Shown here in pieces: positions 1-9,505 of a stretch of DNA of 32,000 nucleotides (position 1 is the stretch's first letter; each line of letters opens with the position of its first letter). The notes under the pieces were generated by a model. That model had not been told where the DNA came from and did not search any database. It saw only the letters and a program-made list of their open reading frames with translations. Source of the stretch: Raphidiopsis brookii D9 (GTDB lineage: Bacteria; Cyanobacteriota; Cyanobacteriia; Cyanobacteriales; Nostocaceae). The position numbers and the translations under genes were made by a program. Location: assembly GCA_000175855.1 (NCBI GenBank), contig ACYB01000021.1, positions 30,001-62,000 of the forward strand. Reading direction: 5' to 3'.

Positions 1-1529
1 CACCGGAGGCGGGTAGTCAACGGATGCGCGATATTATTAACAAAGGTCTAACCAACGAAGAGTTATTGCGGGGCATAAAAACAGCTTGGGAAAAAGGTTG
101 GGATAAAATCAAGTTGTATTTTATGATTGGATTGCCAGGGGAAACGGATGCGGATATCCTGGCCATAGCAGAAACCGTCAGATGGTTACAACGAGAATGT
201 CGCGCCCAGGACAGAAGGTCTATCAGCTTTAACCTGACAGTCTCTAATTTTACACCTAAACCTCACACACCTTTTCAGTGGCATTCTGTTTCCACATCGG
301 AATTTGTCCGCAAGCAAAACCTACTCAAGCAGGAATTTCGCCGAACCAGGAATGTAAAGGTGAATTTTACCGATGTTCGTCTTTCTGCAATGGAAGACTT
401 CATTGGTAGGGGAGATCGGACTTTAGGGAAGGTTCTCAAACGAGCATGGGAATTGGGTGCAGGAATGGACTCCTGGTATGACAGTGTAGAAACTGCTTTT
501 CGAGCTTGGGGAGAAGCTATTTCTCAAGCAGGACTGGACTGGAAATACCGCCAGGTAGAAAATGGTGAATGGAATGTAATGGAAATGGGAAATGACAATT
601 TCATTAACTTCGATTCTCGATTGGAAGCACCTTTACCATGGGATCATATAGATACCGGGATTGATAAAAGGTGGTTACAAGAAGATCTAAAACGGGCTTT
701 AGCTGCGGCAATCGTTCCCGATTGTTCTTTTGAGGGTTGTTCCCATTGTGGTGTCTGTAGTACAGATTTCGGTCACAATGTGGTAATTAAACCCTACCCC
801 ATACCAGGGTTCGCAGGCGATTTTGTTCCTAATACCACCAGGGTGCAAAGGTTGAGGGTGTGGTTTGGTAAACAAGATGATATGGCTTTGGTCGGTCACT
901 TGGATTTGATGCGGTTATTTGATAGGGTAATTAGAAGAGCGGGTTTACCAATTGCTTTTACTGGAGGATTTCATCCCCATCCCCGCATTGCTCTAGCAAG
1001 TGCTTTGTCTGTGGGTAGTACCAGCAGTGGGGAAATTTTGGATCTGGAATTAACCCAATCCATGGATCTAGAAGACTTTCGTTGCCAATTGGTACACCAA
1101 CTTCCCTCCCATATCCCCATATATCAAGTCCAAGAAATAGACTTGTCATCACCTGCTGCTAATCAATCTATGGTAGCAGCTGAATACTTGCTCACCATTT
1201 CTACTTCAGAACTAATTAACGCACAAACATGGCAAAATTGGATAGTATCCATATTAGCTAGAAAAGAGATTTTGTCAGAACATCAGACAAAGTCTGGGAA
1301 GCAGCAAATCATAAATCTGCGCGATCGCCTGTTTGAGCTAAGTCTAGTCAAATTAGAAAACTCATCAGTGGAATCTGAAGCCATTGTGCGTTATTTGGGT
1401 AGCTGTCGTCATGATGGTGTGATCTTGCGTCCTGAGCAAATATTGTTTATGCTGGAGATGGTGACCAGTGTAAAATTTCAACTTTTGCATATCCACCGTA
1501 ATCGGATAGTTTTGGGAACCGCAAATTAG
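1..1529 (+). CDS. Radical SAM enzyme (TIGR03960-like) fused to a DUF2344/TIGR03936-like C-terminal module. The 5' end lies left of the window.
   Basis: The frame is open from base 3 (..PEAGSQR before the ATG at 24), so the ATG at 24 is probably internal. EAGSQRMRDIINKG and MIGLPGETDAD are typical of the radical-SAM core C-terminal half. From about RVQRLRVWFGKQDDMALVGHLDLMRLFDRVIRRAGLPIAFTGGFHPHPRI the sequence looks like the 'radical-SAM-linked' DUF2344 module. Family names are recalled from memory, not searched. Confidence 0.8.
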   Translation, partial: PEAGSQRMRDIINKGLTNEELLRGIKTAWEKGWDKIKLYFMIGLPGETDADILAIAETVRWLQRECRAQDRRSISFNLTVSNFTPKPHTPFQWHSVSTSEFVRKQNLLKQEFRRTRNVKVNFTDVRLSAMEDFIGRGDRTLGKVLKRAWELGAGMDSWYDSVETAFRAWGEAISQAGLDWKYRQVENGEWNVMEMGNDNFINFDSRLEAPLPWDHIDTGIDKRWLQEDLKRALAAAIVPDCSFEGCSHCGVCSTDFGHNVVIKPYPIPGFAGDFVPNTTRVQRLRVWFGKQDDMALVGHLDLMRLFDRVIRRAGLPIAFTGGFHPHPRIALASALSVGSTSSGEILDLELTQSMDLEDFRCQLVHQLPSHIPIYQVQEIDLSSPAANQSMVAAEYLLTISTSELINAQTWQNWIVSILARKEILSEHQTKSGKQQIINLRDRLFELSLVKLENSSVESEAIVRYLGSCRHDGVILRPEQILFMLEMVTSVKFQLLHIHRNRIVLGTAN

Positions 1530-1861
1530 GCCTAGTTACATCAGTGAATTTATTAAGTCAGAGAGTGTCAAGGGAAAATAGGGGGAAAACCCTGTCCGTT
1601 GAGCGGAACTTTTTGATAGAATGCTACTAGATTGGTAGACCCATGGTTCTACCCCGAGGTCTCCAAACTCTTAGCAATGATCAAGCGTGTGCAACCCAAT
1701 TACCCAATTACAAAAGGCCATGGGCTTCCTGGTTTGTGAAGCCGTGTCCGTGAGGAAAATTTTTATTACCAGTAGCAGTCCTAGGGCTACCAGTGGGGCT
1801 AGAGGTATAAAATAAGCTCCTCTTAATCCCCATTGGTGCTGCCAATTTTTGAGGAACTTGA

Positions 1862-3937
1862 ATGCCAAAACAAATTATAATCGCAGAACAGCATCAAATT
1901 GCTGCCGTATTTTCCGAAGATCAAATACAAGAACTAGTTGTAGCAACTGGTCATCACCAGATTGGTGATATCTATTTAGGGGTTGTGGAGAATGTATTAC
2001 CGGGTATAGACGCAGCCTTTGTGAATATCGGTGATCCAGAACGTAACGGATTTATCCATGTAACTGATCTAGGTCCATTAAAGATTAAACGTAGTTCCGC
2101 AGCAATCACGGAGTTACTGACACCCCAACAAAAAGTGTTGGTGCAAGTAATGAAGGAACCGACGGGAACAAAAGGTCCGAGACTAACCGGTAATATCACC
2201 ATGCCGGGACGTTATGTAGTTCTCATGCCCTATGGTAAGGGTGTAAACCTGTCTAGACGGATCAAGAACGAAAGCGAACGGAACCGCCTTCGTGCCCTAG
2301 CGATACTCATTAAACCTGCTGGTATGGGTATATTAGTGCGAACAGAGGCAGAAGGTAAACCGGAAGAAGCTATAATTGAAGACTTAGAATTGCTGCAAAA
2401 GCAATGGGAAGTAATTCAGCAGGAAGCAGCATCCACGAGAGCGCCATCTTTATTAAATCGGGATGATGACTTCATTCAGAGGGTACTACGGGATATGTAT
2501 GGTGCGGACGTGAATAGGATTGTAGTAGATTCCAGTACAGGGTTAAGGAGAGTTAAACAATATTTACAGAACTGGAGTGGAGGACAGACACCCCAAGGTG
2601 TGCTATTAGATCATCATCGTGACAGATCACCGATTCTAGAATATTTTCGCATTAACGCTGCTATCAGGGAAGCATTACGTCCTAGGGTCGATTTACCCTC
2701 TGGGGGTTACATTATCATTGAACCAACGGAAGCATTAACAGTAATTGATGTTAACTCGGGTTCTTTTACACGCTCTGCAACAGCTAGGGAGACCGTACTG
2801 TGGACTAATTGTGAAGCAGCAACAGAAATAGCGCGTCAACTGAGACTGAGAAATATTGCTGGTGTAATTGTAGTAGATTTCATCGACATGGAATCAAGAC
2901 GCGACCAACTGCAAGTTTTAGAGCACTTTAATAAAACCCTGAAAGCAGACAAAGCTCGTCCCCAAATTGCCCAACTAACAGAATTAGGTCTAGTAGAACT
3001 GACGCGTAAACGTCAAGGTCAAAATATTTATGAACTGTTTGGTGAAAGCTGTCCCACTTGTGGTGGTTTAGGACACATTGTCCATCTACCAGGGGAAGTA
3101 GAAAACCGCATGCCCATACCCGCTGCAGAAGTACCAGAAAAGTTTACCCCAGCTCAACCTAGGGAAATTAGAACACCAGTAGTACGTGTCCCAGAAATTA
3201 GAGAACCTCGGGAGATATTTGATGGCTTTGGTGAAGCGTTTGACACTGATTCTGAAGTCAGTCATCTAGTCAACCATCCCAGCTATCAAGAGTTGGGAGA
3301 TCACAAACGTCGTACTCGCACCCGTCGCAGTCGCATTGGTGCTGCTAACCTTAAGGAGGAAAGCAGACCAGAGGTTTCTGGATTTGGTGGTGAGATGGAT
3401 TCGGATTTGGAAACTGACACAGAACTTAGTTCTCTGGTGGACATACCCTCCCTCCTATCGGAAAGTTTGTTGGTAAAAGAATCTCCCAAAACCTCAACCT
3501 TTGGTAGGGTAGGATGGACGGAAAGACCAGAGAGAACTAAAGTAAAAATAGAACCAATTAAACCAGTCATAGAACCACCCCAAATCGTGCAGGTGGAAAT
3601 GACAGACCAGGAACAGGATATGTTTGCTTTGATGGGCATTTCTCCCGGTGTTAAATTAGAGACAGAGGCAAAAAGTCCTAAGTCAGTAATTTATAATATT
3701 ATGCAACCAGGGGAAATTACATCTGATACTGGTGAGTTTGATATGGATTCTATGCTTGAGGAAAAGCCTAAATTGGAATTTCCTAAGGTCAAACTTCCTA
3801 CATCAAAAGTCCCTTTGGCAATTGAACCCCCCACGGAACAATCGGGTAATATAGGTTTTGAAGCTCTGTCAGAGGACGAATCTAATCTCTATTCTCCTAC
3901 CCGTCGTCGTCGTCGTCGTCCCTCCGCTCAAGAGTAA
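1862..3937 (+). CDS. rne: Ribonuclease E (cyanobacterial Rne), 691 aa
   Basis: S1 domain (GDIYLGVVENVLPGIDAAFVNIG), catalytic-core motif (ALTVIDVNSGSF) and Zn-link (CPTCGGLG). The long, low-complexity, acidic/Arg-rich C-terminal tail ends in RRRRRRPSAQE. GAGGA lies 7 nt upstream of the ATG. It is followed by rnhB, as in the known cyanobacterial rne-rnhB arrangement. Confidence 0.95.
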   Translation: MPKQIIIAEQHQIAAVFSEDQIQELVVATGHHQIGDIYLGVVENVLPGIDAAFVNIGDPERNGFIHVTDLGPLKIKRSSAAITELLTPQQKVLVQVMKEPTGTKGPRLTGNITMPGRYVVLMPYGKGVNLSRRIKNESERNRLRALAILIKPAGMGILVRTEAEGKPEEAIIEDLELLQKQWEVIQQEAASTRAPSLLNRDDDFIQRVLRDMYGADVNRIVVDSSTGLRRVKQYLQNWSGGQTPQGVLLDHHRDRSPILEYFRINAAIREALRPRVDLPSGGYIIIEPTEALTVIDVNSGSFTRSATARETVLWTNCEAATEIARQLRLRNIAGVIVVDFIDMESRRDQLQVLEHFNKTLKADKARPQIAQLTELGLVELTRKRQGQNIYELFGESCPTCGGLGHIVHLPGEVENRMPIPAAEVPEKFTPAQPREIRTPVVRVPEIREPREIFDGFGEAFDTDSEVSHLVNHPSYQELGDHKRRTRTRRSRIGAANLKEESRPEVSGFGGEMDSDLETDTELSSLVDIPSLLSESLLVKESPKTSTFGRVGWTERPERTKVKIEPIKPVIEPPQIVQVEMTDQEQDMFALMGISPGVKLETEAKSPKSVIYNIMQPGEITSDTGEFDMDSMLEEKPKLEFPKVKLPTSKVPLAIEPPTEQSGNIGFEALSEDESNLYSPTRRRRRRPSAQE
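3902..3919 (+). repeat. Perfect (CGT)6 trinucleotide repeat encoding the terminal hexa-arginine of RNase E
   Basis: Direct reading: cgtcgtcgtcgtcgtcgt, in frame, translating to RRRRRR. Confidence 0.95.
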
Positions 3938-4001
3938 AACTCAATTCATAATTTCCTTTGAATATGCTTAAACTCTTTTTTTCTCTCATGTTCTGATTTT
4001 T

Positions 4002-4634
4002 ATGCACAAGGGAAGTGTTAAGGAATCAAATTGGCAGGAATTGTCTGACCACTGGCACCAGAAAGGTTGGGTTGCTGGCGTAGATGAGGTGGGACGTGGA
4101 GCTTTATTTGGGCCCGTAGTTGCTGCCGCAGTTATCTTGCCAAACTCCGCTTTATCAATACTGGTTGAATCTAAAATTAAGGATAGCAAGCAGCTATCTG
4201 TTTCTCATAGACGTTACCTAGCACAGCAAATCGCCCAATTGGCTGTGGAATGGAAAATCGGTTATGCTACCACTGCGGAAATTGATAGGTTAAATATTTT
4301 GCAGGCTACTCTGTTGGCAATGAAACGGGCTGTCCTCAAACTTAAATCCCAGCCCTCTCTTTGTCTCGTGGATGGTAACCAATTCATTCGCGATTTACTA
4401 ATAGAGCAGCAAGCTATTATACAAGGTGACAGGCGATCGCTCAACATAGCAGCTGCCAGTATTATGGCTAAGGTGTGGCGTGATGATTTAGTGGTGCGAT
4501 TAGGCAAGAAGTATGATATGTATGATTTACACCAGAATAAGGGGTATGGGAGTCAGAAACACTTATTGGCTTTGCAAAAGCATGGTGCATCTCCCCTGCA
4601 TCGACAGAGTTTTAGTCCTTGTCAGGCAAGGTGA
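4002..4634 (+). CDS. rnhB: Ribonuclease HII
   Basis: VAGVDEVGRGALFGPVVAAAV (DEVGRG metal-binding motif), DSKQL and LVDGN are typical RNase HII motifs. It lies 64 bp downstream of rne on the same strand. Confidence 0.92.
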   Translation: MHKGSVKESNWQELSDHWHQKGWVAGVDEVGRGALFGPVVAAAVILPNSALSILVESKIKDSKQLSVSHRRYLAQQIAQLAVEWKIGYATTAEIDRLNILQATLLAMKRAVLKLKSQPSLCLVDGNQFIRDLLIEQQAIIQGDRRSLNIAAASIMAKVWRDDLVVRLGKKYDMYDLHQNKGYGSQKHLLALQKHGASPLHRQSFSPCQAR

Positions 4635-4637
4635 GAA

Positions 4638-4657
4638 ACTGTAGCTTAAACTACAGT
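4638..4657. terminator. 7-bp stem hairpin (ACTGTAG-cttaaa-CTACAGT) between convergent rnhB and ribBA, a possible shared terminator
   Basis: Perfect inverted repeat read directly. The right arm overlaps the ribBA stop codon. The flanking runs (aaatttt on +, ttctc on -) are only weakly U-rich. Confidence 0.35.
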
Positions 4658-6339
4658 AAATTTTGCCAGTTAGCAAAACAATAGATTTGTTGTGTCTGGA
4701 GACGGTCTTGAAGGGATGAGGGTTTAACATCAGGACTAACAAGCTGGCGGTCTAACTTTACCTGTAAGTTACTCAAAGGGTCACTACCAGACGAGACTAG
4801 GAATTCTAACTTATGGATATATGGTAGCTCAACCAGCTGATCCAAAATCTGACCTAGGGCTTGTAGATAGGGATGACCTTTTTGCTGATACCAATTTATA
4901 TCAGCTACATTTGGTTGGTCAAATCCCAGATGTACAATTAGTGATGCTTGATCAAACAAAGCGATTCCTAAAGGTCTAGCTTCCTCCTGTAACAGAAGAT
5001 GATTACTTTTAGCTAAGTATCGTAATTTTTCCAACTTTTCATAGCGTTGGGCAATGGATTCTGGTTCATCTCCCCAGTGCAATGCGACGGTGGCCAGATA
5101 AGTTTGTAACAACATGTGTCCTAACTTCTTGGCTTTAGTGGCTAAATAATAGGAGTTAAAATCGTTGGATTCTATGAGCAAAGGAACGCGGTCTACCACT
5201 TCCAACCCATAACCTTTAACTCCAGCAATTTTACGGGGGTTATTAGTAATCAGACGAATTTTCTTAATTCCCAAATCCATTAAAATTTGAGCTCCCATAC
5301 CATAATCACGCAAATCCGCTGGAAATCCCAATCTTTCGTTAGCTTCCACCGTATCCAGTCCCATATCCTGTAAGGAATAGGCTTTGAGTTTATTAATCAA
5401 ACCTATACCTCTTCCCTCTTGACGCAAGTAAACAACCACCCCCTGACCAGCATTTTCAATCATTTTTAATGCTGCTTTTAATTGCATTCTACAATCACAT
5501 CGTAGGGAACCCAGAGCATCCCCAGTCAAACACTCCGAGTGCATACGCACCATAATTGGGCGGTCTCCAAATTCTACGGGGTCTCCCTTGACAATAGCAA
5601 CATGATCTGTATTGTCCAAAGTGTGACGATAACCGTAAATATCAAATTGCCCAAACTGACTGGGTAGTTTGGTCACTATTTCCCTATAGATAAGGCGATC
5701 ATTTTGTAGTCGGTAACTAATTAGATCCGCAATGCTAATAATTTTCAGGTGATGGAGGGTAGCATATTCCATCAACTGTTGTAATCTAGCCATAGACCCG
5801 TCAGGATTTTGAATTTCACAAATCACACCAGCGGGATATAATCCGGACAGTCTTGCTAAGTCTACAGCAGCTTCCGTATGACCTGCCCGTTTTAACACAC
5901 CTCCTACTTTAGCTCGAATGGGGAAAATATGACCCGGACGGCGTAAATCCAGGGGTTGGGTGGCTGGGTTGAGGGCCACTTGAATTGTACGTGCCCTATC
6001 TTCTGCAGAAATACCCGTGGTCACTCCCAAATGGGGACCAGCATCAATACTTACGGTAAAGGCAGTTTGGTTAGTATCTGTGATATTGCTAACCATTAAT
6101 GGTAAATCTAATTCATCCAAGCGATCGCCTGTCATGGCCAAGCAAATCAACCCTCTTGCTTCTACCGCCATAAAATTAATCATGTCCGGGGTGGCGAATT
6201 GAGCAGCACAGATTAAATCGCCTTCATTTTCCCGGTTTTCATCATCTACCACCACAATTGCACGACCAGATTTGAGGTCTGCTAAAGCGGCATTAATAGG
6301 ATCAAATTTAAAGGTTTGGTGATTATTGGACTGAGACAC
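4651..6339 (-). CDS. ribBA: Bifunctional 3,4-dihydroxy-2-butanone-4-phosphate synthase / GTP cyclohydrolase II, with a ~150-aa C-terminal extension
   Basis: DHBP-synthase motifs (DDENRENEGDLI, GHTEAAVDLARL) and GCH II motifs (HSECLTGDALGSLRCDC, YLRQEGRGIGL, YLATKAKKLGH). The start codon is GTG. About 150 further residues follow the usual GCH II end. Confidence 0.93.
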   Translation of the reverse strand: MSQSNNHQTFKFDPINAALADLKSGRAIVVVDDENRENEGDLICAAQFATPDMINFMAVEARGLICLAMTGDRLDELDLPLMVSNITDTNQTAFTVSIDAGPHLGVTTGISAEDRARTIQVALNPATQPLDLRRPGHIFPIRAKVGGVLKRAGHTEAAVDLARLSGLYPAGVICEIQNPDGSMARLQQLMEYATLHHLKIISIADLISYRLQNDRLIYREIVTKLPSQFGQFDIYGYRHTLDNTDHVAIVKGDPVEFGDRPIMVRMHSECLTGDALGSLRCDCRMQLKAALKMIENAGQGVVVYLRQEGRGIGLINKLKAYSLQDMGLDTVEANERLGFPADLRDYGMGAQILMDLGIKKIRLITNNPRKIAGVKGYGLEVVDRVPLLIESNDFNSYYLATKAKKLGHMLLQTYLATVALHWGDEPESIAQRYEKLEKLRYLAKSNHLLLQEEARPLGIALFDQASLIVHLGFDQPNVADINWYQQKGHPYLQALGQILDQLVELPYIHKLEFLVSSGSDPLSNLQVKLDRQLVSPDVKPSSLQDRLQTQQIYCFANWQNLL

Positions 6340-6512
6340 AGCAAATTTCTAGCTACCAAAGTGAATTTTGTAAGACCTTATAATCTCTAATTGTAGACTA
6401 TTTGTGGTGACTCAGTTGCCAATAATTCTAGTTTGAGTGTTGGGAAGACTTAACCGTAATATATTATATTACTGATATTACCCAAACTAACCATGGATGA
6501 GGATTTGACAAA

Positions 6513-7571
6513 ATGAATAATTTTAGGCGCATACCAGTTGGAATTGTTGGCGCCTCAGGTTACGGGGGAGTGCAACTAGTTAGACTACTGATGGATCATC
6601 CACAGATAGAACTGGTATACCTAGGTGGTGAAAGCAGTGCTGGTAGAACATTCGCTGATTTATACCCTCATATAGGAAGTATACTCAATCTAAATATTGA
6701 AGCGGTAGATACGGAACTGATTGCTAGTCGCTGTGAAGTGGTATTTCTTTCCCTACCTAATGGTTTAGCTTGTGACATTGCACCAAATCTTTTAGAAAAA
6801 GGTTGTAAAGTACTAGACCTAAGTGCTGATTATCGTTTCACTGATTTGACAACTTATACAACTTGGTATGGTATACAAAGGAGCGATCGCCTGACAGCAC
6901 AGAAAGCGGTATATGGACTACCGGAACTATATAGAGACAAAATTGCCGAATCAAGTTTAGTTGGTTGTCCTGGTTGTTATCCTACCGCCAGTTTATTAGC
7001 ATTAGCTCCTCTATTGAAGCAGGGTTTAGTAGTTCCAGAAACAGCAATTATTGATGCTAAATCGGGAACTTCCGGTGGTGGTAGACAGGGCAAAATCAAT
7101 CTATTGTTAGCAGAAGCAGATAATTCTCTAGCTGCATACAACATTGCTTGTCATCGTCACACCCCAGAAATTGAGCAAATTTGTAGTGACTTAGCCAGAC
7201 AGGAGGTGACAGTTCAATTTACCCCCCATTTAATTCCCATGGTTCGGGGAATTCTAGCCACCGTCTACGCTAACCTAAGAGATCCTAATTTAGTCAGAGA
7301 TGATTTAAGGACTATTTATACTGCATTTTACCGTAATTCTACTTGGGTCAAAATCTGTAACAGTGGGGTTTACCCACAAACAAAATGGGCCTGTGGCAGC
7401 AACACATGTTATATAGGTATAGAAGTTGATCCACGAACCAGCCGTGTAATTGTGACCTCGGCCATTGACAACCTAATTAAAGGCCAAGCAGGCCAGGCAA
7501 TTCAATGTATGAATATCATGATGGGTTGGGATGAAAGTCTGGGACTACCCAAGGTAGGTTTTTATCCTTAA
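6513..7571 (+). CDS. argC: N-acetyl-gamma-glutamyl-phosphate reductase
   Basis: N-terminal Rossmann GASGYGG, active-site Cys motif GCPGCYPTA, and C-terminal [16 protein letters not shown]. Confidence 0.93.
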   Translation: MNNFRRIPVGIVGASGYGGVQLVRLLMDHPQIELVYLGGESSAGRTFADLYPHIGSILNLNIEAVDTELIASRCEVVFLSLPNGLACDIAPNLLEKGCKVLDLSADYRFTDLTTYTTWYGIQRSDRLTAQKAVYGLPELYRDKIAESSLVGCPGCYPTASLLALAPLLKQGLVVPETAIIDAKSGTSGGGRQGKINLLLAEADNSLAAYNIACHRHTPEIEQICSDLARQEVTVQFTPHLIPMVRGILATVYANLRDPNLVRDDLRTIYTAFYRNSTWVKICNSGVYPQTKWACGSNTCYIGIEVDPRTSRVIVTSAIDNLIKGQAGQAIQCMNIMMGWDESLGLPKVGFYP

Positions 7572-7598
7572 CTTGTTCTCCCCCAACCCAGAACCACC

Positions 7599-8897
<1,299 letters not shown>

Positions 8898-9021
8898 TCA
8901 TTCTGTATTATCCTTGGTTTACAGATTAGTTTATGGGGTCATCGGGCAAAATGGGTTGAGATTAAGGAATATTTTCGGTTATCCTGTTACAAGAAAATAA
9001 CCGAAAGGCACGAGGTCAATT

Positions 9022-9411
9022 ATGAGATTGTTACACACTATGCTCCGGGTGGGAAACTTAGACAAGTCTTTGGAATTTTACTGTGATGTGCTGGGCATGA
9101 AATTATTACGCCGCAAGGACTATCCCGCTGGAGAATTCACCTTAGCTTTTGTGGGATATGGAGATGAAACTGACAATGCTGTTATAGAATTAACTTATAA
9201 TTGGGGAGTGGAAAAATATGAATTGGGTACTGGATATGGTCATATTGCTTTAGGAGTTGATGACATTTACTCCACCTGTGAGGCTATTGGAACCCGTGGT
9301 GGTAAGGTTGTACGTCAACCTGGTCCTATGAAGCATGGCTCAACGGTTATAGCCTTTGTTGAAGATCCAGATGGGTATAAAGTGGAGTTGATTCAGATGG
9401 CCAAGAGTTAA
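9022..9411 (+). CDS. gloA: Lactoylglutathione lyase (glyoxalase I)
   Basis: [20 protein letters not shown]...LELTYNWG...[11 protein letters not shown]...GYKVELIQ is a typical small GloA. Confidence 0.9.
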   Translation: MRLLHTMLRVGNLDKSLEFYCDVLGMKLLRRKDYPAGEFTLAFVGYGDETDNAVIELTYNWGVEKYELGTGYGHIALGVDDIYSTCEAIGTRGGKVVRQPGPMKHGSTVIAFVEDPDGYKVELIQMAKS

Positions 9412-9505
9412 TATGGAAAAAACATGGGGGTTTGGGGAAAATATATGGAGTTATATTTAATTTAGCAAGTCCTAAATTCAAAGTCTTAAATTGCAAATCG
9501 TAAAA

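Noticed and set aside
1671-1868. 65-aa minus-strand ORF upstream of rne with a hydrophobic, TM-like stretch (AYFIPLAPLVALGLLLVIKIFL)
   Set aside because: It starts with TTG, has no ribosome-binding site, overlaps the rne start codon and lies in the probable rne leader. The hydrophobicity is easily produced by antisense of a U-rich leader. I treat it as spurious unless homologues exist.
6340-6512. Possible FMN riboswitch upstream of ribBA
   Set aside because: I could not find the conserved FMN-element core sequences on the minus strand. The region is short and AT-rich and looks like a plain divergent promoter.
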